From an uncultured Candidatus Rokubacteria bacterium (GTDB lineage Bacteria > Methylomirabilota > Methylomirabilia > Rokubacteriales > CSP1-6), in NCBI GenBank assembly GCA_963771355.1, contig CAVYTA010000005.1:704001-768000 (forward strand): a stretch of DNA of 64,000 bases, given 5' to 3'. Positions 9,873 to 19,924 of the stretch are shown piece by piece. Position numbers and translations under genes: made by a program. The stretch's first letter is position 1, and each line of letters starts with the position of its first letter. A model generated the notes under the pieces. It was not told the DNA's origin, made no database searches, and was given only the letters and a program-made list of their open reading frames with translations.

Positions 9873-10436
9873 CCTCCTCGCGGCGGCGCTGCTCGTCTCG
9901 GCTTCGGTCGGCCTCGTGGCGGCCGCGTCGAAGACCTACCGCAGCGCCGAGTGGGGCTTCGAGTTCGCGTATCCCGACCAGTTCGCCGCCGGCCGCTACA
10001 AGGATCCGGTGTCGCCGGAGCGACAGGCCCGGCAGCGTGAGACCGGGCTGGAGTCCCCGTTCGCGCACGCGATCGCGCTGGTGGAGCCGTCGCGTCTCGG
10101 CGCGCGCGCGCCGCTCGACGCGCTGCCGGTGGGCGAGGCCGCCGCACCATCACGGTGATCCCCGCCCGCGGCCAGAAGGCGGACTTCGACCGCCGGCACC
10201 TCTTCCGCAAGGAATGGGAGACGACGATTGCCGGCCGCACCGTCTACCGGCTCCCGGGCTATCCGGCTCCGTATGGCGACACCATGTTCTACTATCTGCT
10301 GCCGCTCGGCGACGACCTCGTCATCGAGCTCTTCGCTCACCGGCGCCACATGGACCAGGCCCGCGCGGAGACGGGATACGATCGCGTGATCGAGGGCATC
10401 ATCGCGACGTTCAAGATCATCGCGCCCGGCGGCTAG
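9853..10436 (+). CDS. Hypothetical secreted protein (frameshift near 10141-10147)
   Basis: Signal peptide and YRSAEWGFEFAYP in ORF 9853-10158; coding sense continues as TITVIPARGQ... in ORF 10155-10436. Confidence 0.6.
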
Positions 10437-10460
10437 CGCGGGCGCATTCGAGGGACGGCC

Positions 10461-12113
10461 ATGGCGGATCTCACCGGCGGGCACCTGGTGGCGCGCACGC
10501 TCAAGCAGGCGGGCGTGGGCCACATCTTCACGCTCTGCGGCGGCCATATCCTGCCCATCTACGACGGCTGCCTCACCGAGGACATCGCGGTGGTGGACAT
10601 GCGCCACGAGCAGGCGGCGGCCCATGCCGCGGACGCCTACGCGCGGCTCACGCGCAATATCGGCGTCGCGGTGGTGACGGCGGGGCCCGGGGTCACGGAC
10701 GCGGTGACCGGCGTGGCCAATGCGTACTCCGCGCGAAGTCCCGTGCTGCTCATCGGCGGCGCGGCGCCGCTGGGGCTGCGCGGGCTGGGCGCGCTGCAGG
10801 AGACGGAGCAGGTGGGCCTGCTGCGGCCCATCACCAAGGGCTCGTGGTCGGTGTCGGAGACGCGCCAGATCCCGGAGGTGCTGACCACCGCCATCCGCAC
10901 CGCGCTCACGGGACGGCCGGGGCCGGTCTTCGTCGAGATCCCGGTGGATCTGCTCATGACCATGGTGGAAGATCGGCTCGCGCCCATCCCCGCGGCCTAT
11001 GTCCATCGCGAGCGTCAGGCGGCGGATCCGGACGCGGTGCAGCGACTGGCCGATCTCCTCGCCCGCGCCAAGCGTCCCGTGGTGATGGCGGGAAGCGGCG
11101 TCTACTGGGACGACGCGGCCAAGGACCTGCAGGCCTTCGCCGAGCGCTCGGGCATTCCGGTGTTCATGAACGGCGCCGGGCGCGGCTGCCTCCCCGGCGA
11201 TCACCCGCACGCCTTCTCCCAGGCGCGCGGCTTCGCGCTGAGCCAGGCGGACGTGGTCCTCGTTCTCGGCACGCCGCTGGACTTCCGCCTGGGCTATGGC
11301 CGGCCGCCCTCCTTCGCCGAGGACGCGCAGGTGGCGATGGTGGACTGTGACCCGTCGGAGCTGGGGCGCAACCGGCCGCTGGCGCTGGGGCTGGCCGGCC
11401 ATATCGGCCTCGTGCTCCGCCAGGTCGGCGACGCGCTGCCCGCGGGGCCGGCCGCGCGCACGACGGACTGGCTGGGCGCGGTGCGCAAGAAGGAGCAGGA
11501 CGGGCAGGCCCGGCTCCTCGCCGAGCGGCAGTCGGACGACGTGCCGATCAGCCACTACCGGATGGCGCACGAGATCGCGGCGGTGGTGGACGCGGGGACC
11601 ACCGTGGTAGGGGACGGCGGCGACGTCGTGGGCTGCGCCGCGAAGATCGTGCCGCTGTCCCGGCCCGGACAGTGGCTGGACCCCGGCCCCTTCGGCTGCC
11701 TCGGCGTGGGGCCGTCCTTCGCCATCGCCGCCAAGCTCCTGCGGCCCGCCGACCGGGTGCTGCTGATCGCCGGCGACGGCGCCTTCGGCCTCAACGGCAT
11801 GGAGATCGAGACGGCGGTGCGCTTCGGGCTGCCGATGACCGTGATCATCGGCAATGATGGGGGCTGGGGCCAGATCCGGAATCCGCAGCTCGCGTTCTTC
11901 GGCGCGGAGCGCGCGGTCGGCACCTCGCTGCCGTACACGCGCTTCGACCAGATGGTCGAAGCGCTGGGCGGCCGGGGCGTGCACGTGACCCGGCCGGGCG
12001 AGATCCGGCCCGCGCTGGAGCGCGCGCTCGGCTCGGGCGAGGTCTCCTGCATCAACGTGGTCCTGGACCCCGCCGCGTACCGGCGCACCGGCCAGGTCTC
12101 GATGGCCATTTGA
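10461..12113 (+). CDS. TPP-dependent enzyme (acetolactate synthase / 2-hydroxyacyl-CoA lyase-like)
   Basis: FTLCGGHI, RHEQAAAHAA, TAGPG, GPFGCLGVG, GDGAFG...GNDGGWG. Confidence 0.9.
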   Translation: MADLTGGHLVARTLKQAGVGHIFTLCGGHILPIYDGCLTEDIAVVDMRHEQAAAHAADAYARLTRNIGVAVVTAGPGVTDAVTGVANAYSARSPVLLIGGAAPLGLRGLGALQETEQVGLLRPITKGSWSVSETRQIPEVLTTAIRTALTGRPGPVFVEIPVDLLMTMVEDRLAPIPAAYVHRERQAADPDAVQRLADLLARAKRPVVMAGSGVYWDDAAKDLQAFAERSGIPVFMNGAGRGCLPGDHPHAFSQARGFALSQADVVLVLGTPLDFRLGYGRPPSFAEDAQVAMVDCDPSELGRNRPLALGLAGHIGLVLRQVGDALPAGPAARTTDWLGAVRKKEQDGQARLLAERQSDDVPISHYRMAHEIAAVVDAGTTVVGDGGDVVGCAAKIVPLSRPGQWLDPGPFGCLGVGPSFAIAAKLLRPADRVLLIAGDGAFGLNGMEIETAVRFGLPMTVIIGNDGGWGQIRNPQLAFFGAERAVGTSLPYTRFDQMVEALGGRGVHVTRPGEIRPALERALGSGEVSCINVVLDPAAYRRTGQVSMAI

Positions 12114-13132
12114 GGGTCAACTTCCTCGCGCCGCACGTCCGCATCGCCGGCGGCGTGCGCGCCATCCTGACCTACGCCGACCGGCTCGCGGGCCGCGGGC
12201 ACGAGGTGTCGGTGATCGTGCCCGCGGGCGGGGCGGTGAAGGCCTGGTGGGGCAATCGCGCCGACCACCGTCTCGACTGGATGCCGGACTTCCGCGGGCG
12301 CCTGCGGTGGGTGAGTCGATGGGATCCCGCGGCGCTGCCCGAGGCCGACGCCCTCGTGGCGACCGCCTGGCAGTCCGCCGCCGCGGTGGCGGACGCGCCC
12401 GCGCGCGCGGGACGGAAGCACTACCTCGTCCAGCACTACGAAAGCCTCTATCACGGCGAGCCGGCCCGGGTGGACGCCACCTACCGGCTGCCGCTCCGGA
12501 AGATCTGCATCTCCACCTGGCTGTCGGAGATCATGCGGGACAAGTTCGCCAGCGCGTCCGACGTCATCGTGACGCCGGTGGATCCGGGCCTCTTCCACGA
12601 GGGGCCGCGAGAGGCCGATGACGGACGGCTGCGCGTGCTGATGCTCCACCACGAGTACGCCTGGAAGGGTGTCGCCGAAGGGCTCGAGGCGGTGGCCCGG
12701 GTGCGTGCGCGGCATCCGCGGCTCGCGCTGGTGGGCTTCGGCGTGAAGCCGCCCCGGGTCGCGCTGCCCTATGAGGAGTTCCACGCCAACCTGCCCCAGG
12801 CGCGGCTGGCGTGGCTGTACAGCCGCTGCCCGATCTATCTCTGTCCCTCCTGGGACGAGGGGCTCGGCATGCCGCCCATGGAGGCCATGGCCTGCGGCGC
12901 CGCGCTGGCGACCTATGACAACGGCGGCTGCCGCGACTACGCGCGCGACGGCGAGACCGCGCTGGTGGCGCCGCGCCGCGACGTGGGCGCGCTCACGCGC
13001 GCGCTCGAGCGCCTCGTGGAGGACGCCGCCCTCCGCGAGCGGTTGGCCCGGGCGGGTCAAGCCTTCATCCGCCGCGAGTTCGACTGGGACCGCGCCACCA
13101 CCCGGCTGGAGGCGATTCTACGAGCGGGATGA
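12110..13132 (+). CDS. Glycosyltransferase family 4
   Basis: AGGVRAI, VATAWQS, EGLGMPPMEAMACG; TTG start overlaps the upstream stop. Confidence 0.85.
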   Translation: MRVNFLAPHVRIAGGVRAILTYADRLAGRGHEVSVIVPAGGAVKAWWGNRADHRLDWMPDFRGRLRWVSRWDPAALPEADALVATAWQSAAAVADAPARAGRKHYLVQHYESLYHGEPARVDATYRLPLRKICISTWLSEIMRDKFASASDVIVTPVDPGLFHEGPREADDGRLRVLMLHHEYAWKGVAEGLEAVARVRARHPRLALVGFGVKPPRVALPYEEFHANLPQARLAWLYSRCPIYLCPSWDEGLGMPPMEAMACGAALATYDNGGCRDYARDGETALVAPRRDVGALTRALERLVEDAALRERLARAGQAFIRREFDWDRATTRLEAILRAG

Positions 13133-13183
13133 CGCGCGGGGCCCGCCGCGACCGCGGCCCTGCAGTATACTCGGCGGCGCCCC

Positions 13184-16100
13184 ATGTACATCGACCGTAG
13201 GCTCTGGGCGCTGACCGCGGGTGTCCGCGCGCGCATCGCCGCCGCCGTCCTGATCGGACTCCTCGCGGTGGTGGCGGGCATCGCGCGGCTGGCGCTGCTC
13301 GGCTGGCTGCTGGCCCAGGTCGCCACCGGCGCGGGGCCCGGCGCGCTCGTGCCGCTCATCCTGGCCACCGCCGCCATCACCGCGCTGCGCGGCTGGCTCG
13401 AGTACGTGCGCACCATGCTCGCCCACGAGACGGCGGCACGCGTGCAGGCGCGACTCCGCGGCCGGCTCTACGACCACCTGGTGGCGCTGGGGCCGGCTCA
13501 GGTCGCCCGCGGTCGCACCGGCGACGTGACGCTCTCGCTGGTCGAGGGCGTGCAGCAGCTCGAGGTGTACTTCGGCCAGTACCTGCCGCAGCTCTTCGTG
13601 TCCGGGCTGACGCCCCTGCTCATCTTCGGCGCGGTGGCCTTCCTCGATCTCCGCATCGCGCTGATCATGCTGGCCGCCGCGCTCTTCACGCTGATCGCCC
13701 CCGTCCTCTGGCACCGCCGCGATGCCGCCGGCAGCCTGGCGCGCTCGCGCGCCTATGCGGACCTGGGGGCCGAGCTGCTCGACGCCATCCAGGGGCTGGG
13801 CACGCTCAAGGCCTTCGGGCAGAGCCGTGCCTGGGGCGAGCGGCTCGCCACGAAGAGCCGCGCGCTCTTCGAGAGCACCATGTGGGTGCTCGGCACCAAT
13901 ACCCTGGCGCGCGGCATCACCGACGTGGGGCTGGCGGTGGGGGCGGCGGCGGCGCTGGCCTGGGGCGCCTATCGCGTCCGGGACGGCGAGCTGGGGCTGC
14001 CCGCCCTCCTCGTGGTCCTGATGCTGGGCGTGGAGGTGTTCCGCCCGCTGCGCGAGCTGCGCGCCCTGCTCCACCAAGGCATGCTGGGCCGGGCCGCCGC
14101 CGAGGGCGTCTTCGCGCTCCTCGCGGTGCGGCCGGAGGTGCCGGATACGGCGGCGAGCCCCAACGGCGCCGCGCGGCTCTCTCCGACGGTGGCGTTCGAC
14201 GCGGTCCGCTTTCGCTATCCGGGCGGGCGCCGTGCCGCGCTGGACGGGCTCACCTTCGAGGTGGCGGAGGGCGAGCGCGTGGGCATCGTGGGACCGAGCG
14301 GCGCGGGCAAGTCGACCCTGGTGCGCCTCCTGCTCCGCTTCCATGACCCGCAGGACGGCGCGGTGCGCCTCGGCGGGCGCGACCTCCGGACTCTCGCGCC
14401 CGACGAGGTGCGCGGCCACATCGCGGTGGTGAGCCAGGACACCTATCTCTTCCACGGCACCGTGGAGGACAATCTCCGCCTCGGCAAGCCCGGCGCCACG
14501 CGCCTGGAGCTGGAAGCGGCGGCGCGCGCGGCCAACGCCCACGAGTTCATTCGCCGCCTGCCTCAGGGCTACGCCACGCGCGTGGGCGAGCGCGCGGTCC
14601 GCCTCTCGGGGGGCCAGCGTCAGCGCATCGCCATCGCGCGGGCGCTCCTCCGCGACGCGCCCATCCTCGTGCTCGACGAGGCGCTCTCCTCGGTGGACGC
14701 GGAGAGCGAGGCTCTCGTGCAGGAGGCGCTCGATCGGCTCATGGCGGGCCGGACCACCCTGGTGATCGCGCACCGGCTCTCGAGCGTGATCGGCGCCGAC
14801 CGCATCCTGGTCCTCGACGAGGGGCGCGTGGTCGAGTCGGGCACCCATACCGGGCTGCTCGCCCGCGCCGGCGTCTACGCGCGGCTGATGGCGGGGCAGA
14901 TCGGCGTCGCCGGGCCGGCCCTGGATCGCCTCGTGATCGACGACGGCGCGGCCGCGCCCGACACCGTCCCGGCGCCGGAGGCCGCGCAGGCCGACGATCT
15001 CGTGCCCGCGGGCGCCTTGCCCTGGCCGCGGGCGCTGGCGGTGCTGCTCGGGCAGGCGCGGGGCGAGATGCCGCGGCTCAGCGCCGCCTTCGTGCTGGGC
15101 GTGGTCCGCGTGGCCGCGCTCATCGGCGTGGGCGTGCTGGGAGCGCTGGTGGTGGCGGCGGTGCGGCGCGGGGAGCCCTTCGGATATCTGGTCGTGGCGC
15201 TGGCGGTGGTGGCGCCGATGGCGGGGCTCCTGCACTGGGCGGAGTCCTGGATCGCCCACGATGCCGCGTATCGCCTGCTCGACCGGATGCGCATGGCGCT
15301 GTTCTGGAAGCTCGAGAGCCTGGCGCCCGCCTATCTCGTGCGCCGGCGCAGCGGCGATCTCGTCAGCGTGGCCACCCAGGACGTCGAGCTGGTCGAGTAC
15401 TTCTTCGCCCACACGGTCGCGCCGGCCCTGGTGGCGGTGCTGATCCCCGGCGCCATCGTCGTCGTCCTCGGCCTGCACGGTGCCCCGCTCGCCCTGGTGC
15501 TGCTGCCCTTCCTGGCGGCGGGGCTCGCCAGCCCCATCCTCGGCCGCGCCCGCATCGACCGGCTGGGCTCCGCCGCGCGCGAGGCGTCCGGCGCCATGAA
15601 CGCGCACGCGGTGGACTCGGTGCAGGGGCTCGCCGAGCTCCTCGCCTTCCAGGCCACGGCCGCGCGCGGCGCCGCCTTCACCGCGCTGGCGCGCCAGTAC
15701 GCGGAGGCGCGCCTGCCGCTCCTCCGCGACCTCGCGCGGCAGGCCTCGTGGCAGGAGATGGCCACCGGCGCGGGCGGGCTCGCCGTCATCTGGACCGGCG
15801 CCGCGCTGGCGGCGAGCGGGCGCCTCGACGCGGGCATCTTGCCGCTGCTCACGCTGCTCGCCATGTCCGCCTTCGTGCCGATCTGGGAGATCGCGCAGGT
15901 GGGGCGTCAGCTCGCCGACTCGCTGGGGGCGGCGCGCCGGCTCCACGCCATCCACGCGGAGCCCGTCCCGGTGCGCGACGGGGACGGCGTGAGTCTGCGC
16001 GCGGGCGGCGACGGGGCGCGGGCCCTTGGCGTCGAGCTCCTGGATGTCAGCTTCACCTATCCCGGGCGGGTCGAACCCGCGCTACGTGACGTCTCGCTGT

Positions 16101-16765
16101 CGGTACCCGCGGGGACCACGGCCGCCATCGTCGGGCCTTCCGGGGCAGGCAAGAGCACGCTGGCGGCGCTGCTCCTCCGCTTCTGGGATCCGGACCGCGG
16201 GGCGGTGCGGCTCGCCGGCGCCGATGCCCGCCGCTATCGGCTGGACGATCTGCGTGGCCGGGTGGCGCTGGTGGCCCAGGACACCTATCTCTTCCACCTC
16301 ACGCTCCGGGAGAATATTCTCCTCGCGCGTCCCGGCGCGAGCGAGGCCGAGATCGCCGCGGCGGTGGAGCGGGCGTCCCTCGGCGAGTTCGTGGCCGCGC
16401 TGCCGGAAGGGCTCGACACGGTGGTGGGCGAGCGCGGGACGCGGCTCTCGGGCGGGCAGCGCCAGCGCGTGGCCATCGGGCGAGCCTTCCTCAAGGACGC
16501 GCCCATCCTGATCCTGGACGAGGCCACCTCGCATCTCGACGTGGTCAACGAGCAGGCGGTGCACGAGGCGCTCGAGCGGCTGGCCCGCGACCGGACCACC
16601 CTCATCATCGCCCACCGGCTCTCCACGGTGCGGCGCGCCGACGAGATCATCGTGCTCGACGCCGGCCGCCTGGTGGAGGCGGGCCCGCACGCGGCACTGC
16701 TGGCGCGGGGCGGCCTCTACGCCCGCCTCGTCTCGCGCCAGCTCGCGGCCGCGCCGGCTGGGTAG
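13184..16765 (+). CDS. Fused TMD-NBD-TMD-NBD ABC exporter, CydDC-like
   Basis: 1193 aa; two TM domains each followed by an NBD ([21 protein letters not shown]); YFGQYLPQ and WIAHDAAYRLL resemble CydD and CydC. Confidence 0.85.
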   Translation: MYIDRRLWALTAGVRARIAAAVLIGLLAVVAGIARLALLGWLLAQVATGAGPGALVPLILATAAITALRGWLEYVRTMLAHETAARVQARLRGRLYDHLVALGPAQVARGRTGDVTLSLVEGVQQLEVYFGQYLPQLFVSGLTPLLIFGAVAFLDLRIALIMLAAALFTLIAPVLWHRRDAAGSLARSRAYADLGAELLDAIQGLGTLKAFGQSRAWGERLATKSRALFESTMWVLGTNTLARGITDVGLAVGAAAALAWGAYRVRDGELGLPALLVVLMLGVEVFRPLRELRALLHQGMLGRAAAEGVFALLAVRPEVPDTAASPNGAARLSPTVAFDAVRFRYPGGRRAALDGLTFEVAEGERVGIVGPSGAGKSTLVRLLLRFHDPQDGAVRLGGRDLRTLAPDEVRGHIAVVSQDTYLFHGTVEDNLRLGKPGATRLELEAAARAANAHEFIRRLPQGYATRVGERAVRLSGGQRQRIAIARALLRDAPILVLDEALSSVDAESEALVQEALDRLMAGRTTLVIAHRLSSVIGADRILVLDEGRVVESGTHTGLLARAGVYARLMAGQIGVAGPALDRLVIDDGAAAPDTVPAPEAAQADDLVPAGALPWPRALAVLLGQARGEMPRLSAAFVLGVVRVAALIGVGVLGALVVAAVRRGEPFGYLVVALAVVAPMAGLLHWAESWIAHDAAYRLLDRMRMALFWKLESLAPAYLVRRRSGDLVSVATQDVELVEYFFAHTVAPALVAVLIPGAIVVVLGLHGAPLALVLLPFLAAGLASPILGRARIDRLGSAAREASGAMNAHAVDSVQGLAELLAFQATAARGAAFTALARQYAEARLPLLRDLARQASWQEMATGAGGLAVIWTGAALAASGRLDAGILPLLTLLAMSAFVPIWEIAQVGRQLADSLGAARRLHAIHAEPVPVRDGDGVSLRAGGDGARALGVELLDVSFTYPGRVEPALRDVSLSVPAGTTAAIVGPSGAGKSTLAALLLRFWDPDRGAVRLAGADARRYRLDDLRGRVALVAQDTYLFHLTLRENILLARPGASEAEIAAAVERASLGEFVAALPEGLDTVVGERGTRLSGGQRQRVAIGRAFLKDAPILILDEATSHLDVVNEQAVHEALERLARDRTTLIIAHRLSTVRRADEIIVLDAGRLVEAGPHAALLARGGLYARLVSRQLAAAPAG

Positions 16766-16785
16766 CTAGTCCGCGATCCCTACGC

Positions 16786-17370
16786 TCAGCGCGAGCGTTG
16801 CCCCTCCTGGGGGCCGTCCAGCTGCTTGCGCGCTTCGGGCAGCAGGGCGGCGCGGAAGTCCGACTCCGCGTACGGTCGGTTGGGCTCGAGGCCGGACGGA
16901 CAGGGGGCGATGGGCACGAAGGCGTCCGCGGTGCCGTCGGCACTGCGCAGCCACAGCGCCAGGCAGTACGCGCCGGGAACACGGAGCAGGGTCAACTCGT
17001 GGTCGCCCTTGGTGCGCCGGCTCCACTGCTCGGCGGCGGCTTCGCTCTCGGTGCTGCCGGCGGCGTGCGGGCCGCGACTCACCGAGGCGAACTTCAGCCC
17101 CTTGGGTGTCTGCGCCAGCTCGGCGGCGGCGATCGCGCGGCCCTTGCTGTCGATCAGGAGGCTACGCCAGCCGGTGAGCTTGGCGGCGGTGGCGATCGCC
17201 GTGCCCGCGACGAGCTGGTCGAGACCCAGGTTGAACACCCGGTGCGGCGCCGCCAGACCCTGGACCGCGGACAGCTCGGCGTCGACCAGGCCCGGTGCGA
17301 GATGTCGCTCCAGGCCTTCCCGGAGAAGCTTCTCCGTGCCGCGGGGTGCTGCCGTCACCTTGATGGGCAT
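16786..17370 (-). CDS. Hypothetical protein, partner of the cysteine protease
   Basis: 194-aa ORF with GGGAGG RBS, 12 nt downstream of the protease stop; segments TGWRSLL, LLRVPGAYCLALWL. Confidence 0.75.
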   Translation of the reverse strand: MPIKVTAAPRGTEKLLREGLERHLAPGLVDAELSAVQGLAAPHRVFNLGLDQLVAGTAIATAAKLTGWRSLLIDSKGRAIAAAELAQTPKGLKFASVSRGPHAAGSTESEAAAEQWSRRTKGDHELTLLRVPGAYCLALWLRSADGTADAFVPIAPCPSGLEPNRPYAESDFRAALLPEARKQLDGPQEGQRSR

Positions 17371-17382
17371 GATCGGCCTCCC

Positions 17383-18012
17383 TCAGGCCTTCGTCCGGTA
17401 GGAGTGCGTCCACGAGCCGGAGCCCTGGTAGGCCGTCCGGAACGTGTCGTAGTCCCACACCGACGTGCCGTACCAGGGGTCCTCGATCTGGATGGTCCGC
17501 CCGCGCCGGAGGAGGTTCCAGGTGTAGCAGCTGACGACGTTGAAATGTCCACCGCCGCCCGACCAGCCGATGCGCACGCCGAGCGGGCGGCCGTTGTCGA
17601 GCTCGGTGCGCAGGTCGGTGAAGGTGGTCGTGGTGCCGGTAAAGCTGGCCAGGTGTCCCACCCGCGTGAGGACGGTGTTGAGCGTCCAGGGCTGGTTGCA
17701 GTTGCTCGAGGAAGGATTCGTGCAGCAATCACTGCGGCCCAGCTCTGCGTTGACCAGGCTGCACTGGGTCCACGTGCTGGCGGCGTTGTAGTAGTGGGCC
17801 ACGCTGGTAGCGGTGGCCGACCAGCACCACTGCGTCTGCTCCTGCGCCTGCATGGTGAAGCACAGGCACCGGCGCCTCGTCAGCCGGCGGATGAGGTCGA
17901 AGATCGAGACGACGCGCCGGGCGACCAGCGCCGTCTTCACGATGGGGCGTCTCGGTCTCGCCGGGCGTCGCGAGCGCCGGGAGGATCGGCGAGCCGATCG
18001 GTGAGTCGCCAT
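17383..18012 (-). CDS. Papain-like cysteine protease (C39-like / AvrRpt2-like)
   Basis: QEQTQWCWSA (oxyanion Gln + catalytic Cys), GGGHFNVV (His), IEDPWYG (Asp); GGAGG RBS; Arg-rich N-terminus. Confidence 0.8.
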   Translation of the reverse strand: MATHRSARRSSRRSRRPARPRRPIVKTALVARRVVSIFDLIRRLTRRRCLCFTMQAQEQTQWCWSATATSVAHYYNAASTWTQCSLVNAELGRSDCCTNPSSSNCNQPWTLNTVLTRVGHLASFTGTTTTFTDLRTELDNGRPLGVRIGWSGGGGHFNVVSCYTWNLLRRGRTIQIEDPWYGTSVWDYDTFRTAYQGSGSWTHSYRTKA

Positions 18013-18084
18013 TCGTCACCTCCGGGGTGTTGCCGTCGATGCTGCACCCGCAGCATGGGCGCAGTCAAGGAGCGCAGCGTAGAT

Positions 18085-19140
18085 CTAGACGATGATCTCC
18101 CAGCCGCTCTGGTAGCGATCAAGCTCCTTGGTGGTATAGGCGTCCATCGGGTGCTCGCGCTCGGGGATGTCGACGTGCTTGTCCTCGCCACAGAGCGCGG
18201 TGGTGAAGTAGCGCTGGCCGGTGTCGTTGATCACGGTGACGATGGAGGGCAGCTCGGGGTGGGCCCGGGCCAGCTTGAGCGCGGCGGCCACGTTGCAGCC
18301 GCTGGAGATGCCGCAGAAGATGCCTTCCTCGGCGGACAGGCGGCGCGCCGTCGCCACGCTCTCCTCGGTGGTGGTGGTGATGACCCCGGTGAGCTGGGAG
18401 ACGTCGAGGTTGCGCGGCACGAAGCCGTCGCCGATGCCCTCGATACCGTGATGCCCCCACTCGCGCCGGGCCAGGAGCGCGCACTCCGCGGGCTCGACGG
18501 CGTAGAGGCGCACGGCGGGGTCCTGCTGGCGGAGATACCGACCCACTCCCGTGAGTAGCCCCCCCGAGCCTTGCGAGTCGACGAAGGCGCCGACGCCGCC
18601 GCGGCGCCCGCCCATCTGCTCCCAGATCTCGGGTCCGGTGGAAAGCGTATGGGTCTCGACATTGTCGGGGTTGTCGAACTGGCCGGGCACCCAGTAGGTG
18701 CCGGGCTCGGCGTCCCGGATCTCGCGCAGCCGCTCCAGCGCCAGATCCACGTCGCTCTCTCCGCCCGGGGTGAAGACGAGGGCGGCGCCATAGGCCCGCA
18801 TGATCTTCTTCCGCTCCTCGCTCATGCCCTCGGGCATGACGATGGTGCAGGGATAGCCCTTGACCGCGGACACCCAGGCGCAGGCGATGCCGGCATTGCC
18901 GGTGGAGCACTCCAGCACCCGCATGCCCGCCTTGAGCTCGCCGCGGGCCTCGGCGCGCTCGAACATGTGGAGGTAGATGCGGTCCTTCAGGCTCCCGGTG
19001 GCGCCGTACCACTCGACCTTCACGTAGATGGCGGGCTTCGCGCCGCTCGTCACGCGGTTCAGGCGGACGAGCGGCGTGTTGCCGACCGCGGCTGCGATGG
19101 ACGGCAATGCCGCCGCGTAGCGGGACCAGACCGGGGTCAA
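18085..19140 (-). CDS. PLP-dependent cysteine synthase family protein
   Basis: GNTPLVRL, TGSLKDRI (PLP Lys), STGNAG, GSGG, IEGIG, GISSG, DTGQRY. Confidence 0.9.
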   Translation of the reverse strand: MTPVWSRYAAALPSIAAAVGNTPLVRLNRVTSGAKPAIYVKVEWYGATGSLKDRIYLHMFERAEARGELKAGMRVLECSTGNAGIACAWVSAVKGYPCTIVMPEGMSEERKKIMRAYGAALVFTPGGESDVDLALERLREIRDAEPGTYWVPGQFDNPDNVETHTLSTGPEIWEQMGGRRGGVGAFVDSQGSGGLLTGVGRYLRQQDPAVRLYAVEPAECALLARREWGHHGIEGIGDGFVPRNLDVSQLTGVITTTTEESVATARRLSAEEGIFCGISSGCNVAAALKLARAHPELPSIVTVINDTGQRYFTTALCGEDKHVDIPEREHPMDAYTTKELDRYQSGWEIIV

Positions 19141-19141
19141 G

Positions 19142-19924
19142 TTATTTGCCGAACCAGTCGCGCAGCGGCTTCACGATCGCGCCCGCCTTCACGAGGCCCT
19201 CGCGCACCGCGGCCACGATCTTCTCCGAGCCCGGGCTGTCGCCGTGGATGCAGATGGTCTGGATCTTGGCGTCGATGAGCTTGCCGCTGATGGTGCGAAC
19301 CTTGCCCTCCATCACCATGCGCACGGCCTGCTCGGCGGCCTTCGCGGGATCCGAGACGAGGGCGTCCTTGCCCAGCTTGCGCGAGACGAGCTGGCCGTCG
19401 TCGGCATAGACCCGGTCGGCGAAGCCCTCCGCGGCCACCTTCACGCCGGGCACCTTGCGCGCCTCGGCGTCGTACTTGGTCATGGCCATGGTCATGAGGA
19501 TGAGGCTCGGATCCAGCTCCTTGACGCCTTCCGCGGTGGCGCGCCCGAGCGGGAGGTTCTCCTCGAACATGTGGTACTGGATGCCGTGGGGCTTCACGTG
19601 CTGAAGCGTGGTGCCCGCGGCCTTCGCGAAGGCCCACAGCGCGCCGATCTGGTAGCGGTGGATCTCCTTCAGCTCCTGCGGAGAGACGTCCATGCGCCGG
19701 CGCCCGAAGCCCATGAGGTCGGGGAGCCCCGGATGCGCGCCCACCGCGACGCCGTGCTGAAGGGCCAGCTCCACCGTCTTCGCCATCACGTGGGGCTCAC
19801 CGCCGTGGAAGCCGCAGGCGATGTTCGCCGAGGTAATGTTCGGCATGATCTCGTCGTCGGCTCCCAGCGTCCAGCGGCCGTAGCTCTCGCCCATGTCGCA
19901 GTTGATGTCGATATAGGTGCTCAT
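19142..19924 (-). CDS. pxpA: LamB/YcsF family protein (5-oxoprolinase subunit A-like)
   Basis: IDINCDMGES, SANIACGFHGG, GAHPGLPDLMGFGRR, HVKPHG, TICIHGD; ATG at 19924 overlaps the LLM stop. Confidence 0.9.
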   Translation of the reverse strand: MSTYIDINCDMGESYGRWTLGADDEIMPNITSANIACGFHGGEPHVMAKTVELALQHGVAVGAHPGLPDLMGFGRRRMDVSPQELKEIHRYQIGALWAFAKAAGTTLQHVKPHGIQYHMFEENLPLGRATAEGVKELDPSLILMTMAMTKYDAEARKVPGVKVAAEGFADRVYADDGQLVSRKLGKDALVSDPAKAAEQAVRMVMEGKVRTISGKLIDAKIQTICIHGDSPGSEKIVAAVREGLVKAGAIVKPLRDWFGK

